Shown piece by piece: positions 56,946-64,000 of a stretch of 64,000 bases of DNA. The position numbers were made by a program, and so were the translations under genes. Below the pieces are notes generated by a model that saw only the letters and a program-made list of their open reading frames with translations, did no database searches and had not been told where the DNA came from. How positions within the stretch are numbered: the stretch's first letter is position 1; every line of letters begins with the position of its first letter. This DNA is from Selaginella moellendorffii (taxonomy: Eukaryota > Plantae > Lycopodiophyta), in NCBI RefSeq assembly GCF_000143415.4, contig NW_003314352.1, forward strand, positions 426,278 to 490,277. The letters are read 5' to 3'.

Positions 56946-58617
56946 TGTAGTGCACCTTATCTCTCTCCCCTTAAACCAATTGGAAAAGGGGTAATTGATG
57001 AGAAGGGGCAATTGCTTGATGAGAGAGCCCTTAGTGGCTATTTTATCCCCATTTATCCCTCAAGGTTTCAAGGATGCACAGTGACAGTATAAAATCTCAT
57101 CCCATGATCAAACCCCTCTTTCAGAGATGTCAATGTCTTTATTGACTATTGACTAACAACCCCTACTGAGCCAAGGGGAACTAACACCTCCATTTCCGCA
57201 CTGAATCTACCAATCCTTCCATTGTGTAAACCACACCCCCCCCTTCAGAGATGTCAATGTCACACCCCCCCTTCAGAGATGTCAATGTCCCCATTGACTA
57301 TTAACTAACAACCCCTACTGAGCCAAGGGGAACCAGCACCTCCATTTCTGGATTGAATCTACCAATCCTTCCATTGTGTAGACCACACCAATCCTTCCAT
57401 TGTGTAGACCACACCCCCCCTTCATAGATGTCAATGTCCTCATTGACTATTAACTAACAACCCCTACTGAGCCAAGGGGAACCAACACCTCCATTTTTAG
57501 ACTGAATCTACCAATCCTTCCATTGTGTAGACCACACCCCCCCTTCAGAGATGTCAATGTCCTCATTGACTATTGACTAACAACCCCTACTGAGCCAAGG
57601 GGAACCGACACCTCCATTTCCACACTGAATCTACTAATCCTTCCATTGTATAGACCACACCCCCCCTTCAAAGATGTCAATGTCCTCATTGACTATTGAC
57701 TAACAACCCCTACTGAGCCAAGGCCTCTTCAGAAATGTCAATGTCCTCATTGACTATTGACTAACAACCCCTACTGAGTCAAGGGGAACCAACACCTTCA
57801 TTTCCGCACTGAACCCCTACTGAGCCAAGGGGAACCGACACCTCCATTTCCACACTGAATCTACCAATCCTTCCATTGTATAGACCACACCCCCCCTTCA
57901 AAGATGTCAATGTCCTCATTGACTATTGACTAACAACCCCTACTGAGCCAAGGCCTCTTCAGAAATGTCAATGTCCTCATTGACTATTGACTAACAACCC
58001 CTACTGAGTCAAGGGGAACCAACACCTTCATTTCCGCACTGAATCTACCAATCCTTCCATTGTGTAGACCACACCCCCCCTTCAGAGATGTCAATGTCCT
58101 CATTACAACCCCTACTGAGCCAAGGCCCCTTCAGAGATGTCAATGTCCTCATTGACTATTAACTAACAACCCCTATTGAGCCAAGGGGAACCAGCACCTC
58201 CATTTCCGCACTGAAACTACCAATCCTTCCATTGTGTAGACCAGCTATTCTATGATGTGATGCAACTAGTCATCCACCCGTATCACAGTCCCACGGTGGA
58301 TACTCCACACAAGAGGAAGAACGTATGCATGGATGCCCAATACGTACGATTTTAAATTTAAGGGTAAGAATATACGTTGCTCAAGGGTATATTATATTTT
58401 TAAGTAGCCACTAATTAATAGGAGTTGAACCCGTGCCATTTGCTCCGATACCAACTGTAGCACACCTTATCTCTCTCCCCTTAAGCCAACTGGAAAAGAA
58501 GCAATTGCTTAATGAGAGAGCCTTTAATGGCTATTTTATCCCCATTTATCCCCCAAGGTTCCAAAGATCCACAATGACAGTATATCCAAATCTTATCCCA
58601 TAATCATATACGCTACA
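56946..58617 (-). mobile_element. Non-autonomous LTR element (TRIM-like) with internal tandem array
   Basis: LTRs at 56946-~57110 (inner end clipped) and 58456-58617, TSD ATATT, and a tRNA-Met PBS (TGGTATCGGAGC). No ORF. The empty site lies at ~33962 in copy 1. Confidence 0.9.
57111..58243. repeat. 123-bp tandem array with partial units and a 230-bp higher-order duplication
   Basis: ttcagagatgtcaatgtc-like starts at 57421, 57544, 57667 and 57958, 58081 (123-bp spacing). Starts at 57667/57897 and 57728/57958 are 230 bp apart. Confidence 0.93.
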
Positions 58618-59403
58618 ATATTGAGGAGTGTGAATCTTTTGTTTATATTGTAGTGGCTAAAGTAATTTATAACAAAAAACCTTCTATTTTCTATGTTTTA
58701 AGCACATTTGTTTTTCTTTCATCATTTTTGTTTTAATAGTAGCTAAAAATTCCTAGACAGGAGTTTGGCCTCAATGATGAAATGGGGACAAATAGATATT
58801 GTAGTGGTGCGAGGATGAACAACATGGATTATGGAATAAAGACAAACATAGTAAGTTTGAACAAAATATCAATTTAGTGAGGTTGAATACATGTGATATT
58901 GAAGTAAGGCTGAACATAAATGGTAACGCGAGGATTAATGCAATAAATTTGAATAAAGTTGATACTTTAAAAGTGTTTTTTCTTTAAAGGAGGGGATAAA
59001 GAGGATATAGAAAATAAATAAAGTGAGTTCAACTTTCTATATGTTGTGCTAGATAAGGAGAATAGTCATAAGTCTGAGTTAACAGTGGTCTTAGAAAATT
59101 ATTAATAAATAAACTTAAAGATGAGATGTATTGTTTACTACAATGATGTTTTATAGATTATAATGGCTCTCAAAATCTTTTGTTTTGGTTTGAAGTTATG
59201 GCTTCAAAGTTGGTTTGAATATTTAGTAGTTGCACATAGAGTTGAAATTGTTTCATTGGGAATCTATAGTTGATTAATGCTTATGTTATAGCTTTGAATT
59301 TTTTTTAGTCATACTTATTAGCAACTAGGTTGGTGGTTTTATAGAAGTTTCAGATTCTTATAGTAATCTATAATCACCTAATAGAAGCTCTAGATGTTCC
59401 ACC

Positions 59404-59450
<47 letters not shown>

Positions 59451-59939
59451 CTTTACTTAAGTAATATTATAGCATATAAACCATCTATTTAGGACTGAAT
59501 TTAATCTATCCATTCTTGTATATAAACAAGGGTTTAAACCCTAAACCAATAAATATACCTATTCTTATATCTCTCAATATAAATTTAAATTTATGAAGGA
59601 ATTAATTAATTATAAGAATTAACATTTTAAAGTGTTAAAGTAATCTCTATGTTTAGATAAATTTATATCATAAATAAAGAATATTCAAGTATAGTTTCAA
59701 TTGTCAATCACCATCTAAAGAGTTCCTAGTATGTGAGTTGGAGGAGAGACCAAGCAATCAAGAGGGCTTCGCTACCGTACGCACGTCCTTCTCGATGTGG
59801 TGGAACTCAACCTGACGTTGATATTGTGGTGGCAGACTTGAGGTTCTTGACTGGCAGCGTGCCTCAGCAGCACGGCCTGTGGTACTTCTGCACCTACACT
59901 CGATGATCAGCTCAATGTTTAGCCTGGTCGCATAAGCCG

Positions 59940-61342
59940 TCATGATCTCGTGGGTCCACCGCCCGACCTGACGCTAGATCGAGTTGAGCTTGTCCGAGAC
60001 GTTGAGCCTGTCCTTCTGGACACCCGATCTCTTGGTGTTGTGAGGCTTCGTCGCCAGAGCCTTGCACCTGTAGAGAGTCGATTGAGTCTGGCACGCCGCC
60101 AGGAGCATCGCCCACGCCCGGCTCGAAAGGCATGCTGTCCTCGGCCCGGCCGAGCAGCCCCTTCCGGCGCAGGATCCGCCAGGCAGTCGTAGTGAGCCAG
60201 CGCCGGGCTCATGCCATGATAGATGTTGGCGAAGTTAAAGACCTGCTTCGTCTCAGGTGGATGACGCTTGACCACTTCCATCATTATCATCCAGTTCTCG
60301 CTGAGAGGAGAGTCCGCCACCGTGTTAACAAGTTTGCGGCGTTTGAGAGGCGGATGGTCACAGTAATGATCCACCGCCGCCGGCGCCTTCCTCTTGTTTC
60401 CAGGCAGCGGGTAGAATAGCCCTGTCAAGGAAACGAGTCAGCCGATTCCACAGAAATCACGAAACAAACTTACTGTCAGGGAGAGTAAGTTTGCGGTGAT
60501 CGAGAGGCGGATGATCACAGTAATGATTCACCGGTGCCTTCCTACCACGACCACCAATCTCTAGCCCTGTTTACAAGGAAAAGAGTTAGCCGATCCCATA
60601 GAAATCACGAAACAATCTTACTGTCAGGGAGAGTAAGTTTGCGGTGATCAAGAGGCGGATGATCACAGTCATGATCCACCGCCGCCGGTGCCTTCCTCTT
60701 ATTTCCAAGCAGCTCTACTGCACCACGATCGTCCAACTCCCCAGTTTAGTGAGCCGACCACACCGAAATCACGAAATAAGCTTACCGTTAGGGAGAGTAA
60801 GTTTGCCGCGATCGAGAGGCGGATGATCACAGACCGCCGGCGGCGCCTTCCTCTTGTTTCCAAGCACTGTGTTATGATCATCGAACTCCGGGTATAACAA
60901 CCCTGCTTACAAGAAAAAGAGTTAGCGGAAAACAAGCGACGAGACCTTGGAAACCTTGACCCAGCTCGGGCTTCCGGGCGAACTCCTGTAGCTCCACCAC
61001 CTTTTCACCGTCAGAGCGTAGGATTTGCTGCCGCTTGGGCGCTTCGACGCTGCAAAGCTGTCCGAGGGATGAACCGTGCTGTACCAAAGAGAGCATCAAC
61101 AATAAAGGAAAAAGGAAGGGGAAAATGAGAGAGGAAAAGGAGAAACGCTAGCCATACCTTTTCCTGTGCAGCTTCGATTTCCTGAGCCTAAAAGCAGGAA
61201 TGAGAGATTGAGAAGAAGCCCCAAAACGCACCTCAATTAGAGCATCTAAATCGCTTGGGAGCTCGTCCTTGACATTCCATTCACTGCATACAAAGTTGAA
61301 GGCAAGCACGATTTCCGCTATCTGTAATAGCTCAAACAACAT
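59940..61342 (-). CDS. Orphan tandem-exon repeat gene, inverted copy with continuous spliced frame
   Basis: MLFELLQ...DALIE / AQEIEAAQEK / HGSSLGQ...ELGQ, then three phase-1 repeat exons, then a last exon GLFYPLPGNKRKAPAAVDHYCDHPPLKRRKL... ending at 59940. Confidence 0.62.
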
Positions 61343-61473
61343 CTTGGAAAGAAAGAGAGAGAGAGCGCTCGCTAGAAACAAGCAAATACCCAAATCTTAA
61401 CCTAGTTAAGAAAATGGCTAGTAAGGTTTAGGTGACCCTTTACGGTACCTTTTAATTTTTAACCAAAGTATAA

Positions 61474-62777
61474 TTAACACGATTTCAACCACTGAGGCCT
61501 TAAGTTAAGACTGCTCCGGAGTGTTACCGTGCCGCCAACAGTACGTGGAAGTGTGCCCATGAAGTTGACGAATCTTCCATGGCTAGAGCATTATTCCACG
61601 AGTAATAGGACCCGTCCAACACCACTCCATTGAAATAGTAATCTGCGCACTAGCTTAGAATGTTGAGATACGATGACCACATTGTCACGGCCGTGTCAAC
61701 ACTAAATTTTAAGTTCTCCGATGTCTCCAATTGCCTCGGCAGATGCAAGAGAAATCACTCCAATGCTCTCATGTTGACATGCCCATCACAGTTGATTATA
61801 AACTCCCTTGCCTCACTGAAAACCTCCATGTACGTTTGCTGGAGCTTGTTGATGCCATTGTTTCGGATTGTGAGCGCCTCCAGGCCAGGCAGGAAATCGT
61901 TCCCCAGAAGGAAGCACAGGAACACGAGATCCCTCATGGTGGACCGCAGCCGCACAGAGCACGGCTCTTCCATCTGCACCTCGAAATCACGCATGAGCGT
62001 CTCGATGCTGATGAGCTTGTAAATCATCACTCCGTCCTTCGGCATCTGGCGGACGATGTTAATCTTCCTGGAGAGCGGGCTAGCGAGAGCCAGCATGATC
62101 AAGTCGGCGTCGCGTCCAACCACGCAGTGGAAGTCGTGGGCGTTGAACGCCAGAGCTCGTATGTGGTTGAAGATCTTGAGCTCGCCCTCCCCGTCCTCCT
62201 CGGACGTGGAAACGATCCACTGGAGCCTCGAGCTAGTCATTGATCGCCTCCGGCGATGATCATATGAACTTGACAGCATCATCCGGCGGCTTGCCACAAA
62301 TCGTTCGCAGTTCACTCTCCAGCCCGTTCATGAAAGGCGTTCCATGGTGGAGCATTGCCATCTTGGCCTTTCGATTGCTTGGGATGAGATCACCTGTCTG
62401 ACCTTTGGTGGAATCGAGTTCATCCTCCGAGGAGGACAAGGAGGAGGGAGAAGCATCGCGATTGTTGTGACACGGCTTCTTGAAGAGCTTGCTGAAGAGC
62501 TTGGGGATGAGAGGCCTTCCATCCAGGGCTAGGAAGACGAGCTTGGTCGGAGCCACCATGGTGACGAGCTTGTGGAGCGAGTCGAGGAACTCTTGGTAAA
62601 AGGTGGCGAAAGTAGCCGGGCAATCGTCGCTCTCAGGACGCAGATGACAGCGTTGAGGTCGACATACAAGTTGGTGGTGTCGTAGCAAAGAAGATTGTTC
62701 TTGGCACCATCAATCGCGTCCCTCACGCAACGAGGATGCTTGGATACGAGCCAAGCTAAAAACCCAGGAACTCCCAT
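61474..62777 (-). pseudogene. XRN-like copy 3, frameshifted
   Basis: Split over several ORFs (62529-62840, 62260-62688, 61755-62315) with internal stops. Confidence 0.9.
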
Positions 62778-62929
62778 GATCGATTGGTCTTGCTTGATCC
62801 CTTTTGGAGAGGGTGGAAAGTGATAAACCCTCACAAGCATTTTCGCTGTTATATAGTCGTGTGGGAAAAGGTAATTAGTTATAAATGTGGTTAGATAAAT
62901 ACTTTAGCTAGTAAAGTTTGTTAAATATA

Positions 62930-64000
62930 TTACTTATCTGCTTCATTAGGTTTTGAGCATACGTAGACAAAGGTCATTCCTTTGTCACCCCCAAAATCTT
63001 CCAAGCCGAGAGACCAGTTGCGCTCGTCAATGGGCAGTGAATCTGGAGTTACTCCCTCAATAGTTTCCATTACGGCTTTCTCAGTGCCGGGCTTGGCTGA
63101 GAAGAAAATACACAGAGAGTGAGCTTATCCCGTTTAGAGCTCAAAACATACCCAAGGCGTATAGAAGGATGGACCATTTCAATCCTGGTTCCAGCAACGC
63201 CGGCATTCGTATTTCAGGGTGGCCGTATGTGATCTGCAGTGAGAATGGTTATAGATCAGGAACTATAGAAGTTTTCTTTCTTCTTACCAGCATAAACACT
63301 CCTTGTGGTCTCAAAATCCTGCAAGAGAGAGAGCATGAACTAAATCAGTAGTAGTACACACAAAACCTGTAAGTCTCTCTTAGCATTTCTAGAACGCCTT
63401 CGGCCGGATCAACTCCACACTGAAAGAAGGAACGCAAATTGCATTAGACAAGGATATTCTTGGTGACACAAACACTTACTAGCATGGCGTCGGCCAGGCC
63501 TGAAAAACAAAGAGAAAGAAAATGTAAGAGGAGACTCTGGAGAGTAAACTATAACTTTGTTACCTTTGTCAATGATCGCGTCAAAGGAACAGTCTTGAAA
63601 CGCACTCATGTCCCGTGAATCTATTGCCACGTCTTAAGTTTCGTCAAGGAAGATATGGCTGGTGCAAAGAAGTAACATCACCAAGCCCAAGGATACAAGA
63701 TAGCTGAGGAACGTGAGCATATCTAGCTTTGAAGTTGTCAATCACCACCGAAGATAGATCGGTGTTGACGATTTCCTGGTAGCCATCTTCCACCATATCG
63801 TTAGACATTGCTGTTTTACATCACTGGAATTAGTATTCTTTTCTATGGCATCGCTCACTGAGATCTTGGTACCTGAATTGCCACACCCAGCCATCAAAAC
63901 CCGGGAAGATTTGGGGATGTGCTTACGGACAATCGGCTCGAATCTGGAGTAATCCGAGAACCAATCGAGCGTAGCATCGGGTTGCTCCGCGTAGCGCTTG
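62930..64000 (-). CDS. SAM-dependent methyltransferase (EEF1AKMT4/METTL13-like), intact copy; 5' end outside window
   Basis: Spliced frame KRYAEQPDATLDWFSDY...RVLMAGCGNSAMSNDMVEDGYQEIVNTDLS...SFDAIIDKGLADAMLCG...ILRPQGVFMLITYG...FVYVCSKPNEADK*. Confidence 0.92.

Larger units (their letters stand above)
46008..61392. repeat. Second copy of a segmental tandem duplication (first copy ~20063-38455)
   Basis: Colinear high similarity throughout, differing by copy-specific insertions (21299-24623, ~34740-37230, 56946-58617). Confidence 0.95.

Noticed and set aside
57111-58243. CRISPR-like array (palindromic repeated motif at regular spacing)
   Set aside because: The intervening sequences are also repeated rather than unique spacers, there are no cas genes, and the array lies inside an LTR element in plant DNA.

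Overview
Eukaryotic land-plant nuclear DNA, most likely a lycophyte such as Selaginella. This is inferred from the very short introns (45-80 nt), dense gene packing, intronless PLS-class PPR genes with long runs of short motifs, and small LTR elements. The first ~18 kb is gene-dense. It holds two PPR genes, a PP2C, a degenerate PP2C-macrodomain fusion, an aldo-keto reductase, a SUB1-like gene, p23 and GAMYB head-to-head, and a SKIP8-like F-box gene. From ~20 kb onward the window is a tandemly amplified block, with copies at ~20.06-38.45 kb, ~46.01-61.39 kb and a third starting ~61.47 kb. Each block carries a co-oriented P450, SAM-methyltransferase and compact intronless XRN-like nuclease. Each complete block is bracketed by inverted copies of an orphan gene built from tandem symmetric exons. 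Different genes are intact in different copies. Nested mobile DNA includes a chromovirus lacking PR/RT, a decayed hAT, a decayed Helitron at the duplication junction, and a non-coding LTR element filled with a 123-bp array. There is also a young intact Ty3/gypsy element with a 4-bp TSD and a textbook -1 frameshift signal (G GGA AAC plus H-type pseudoknot). Gene models and alignments were done by eye; no searches were run.
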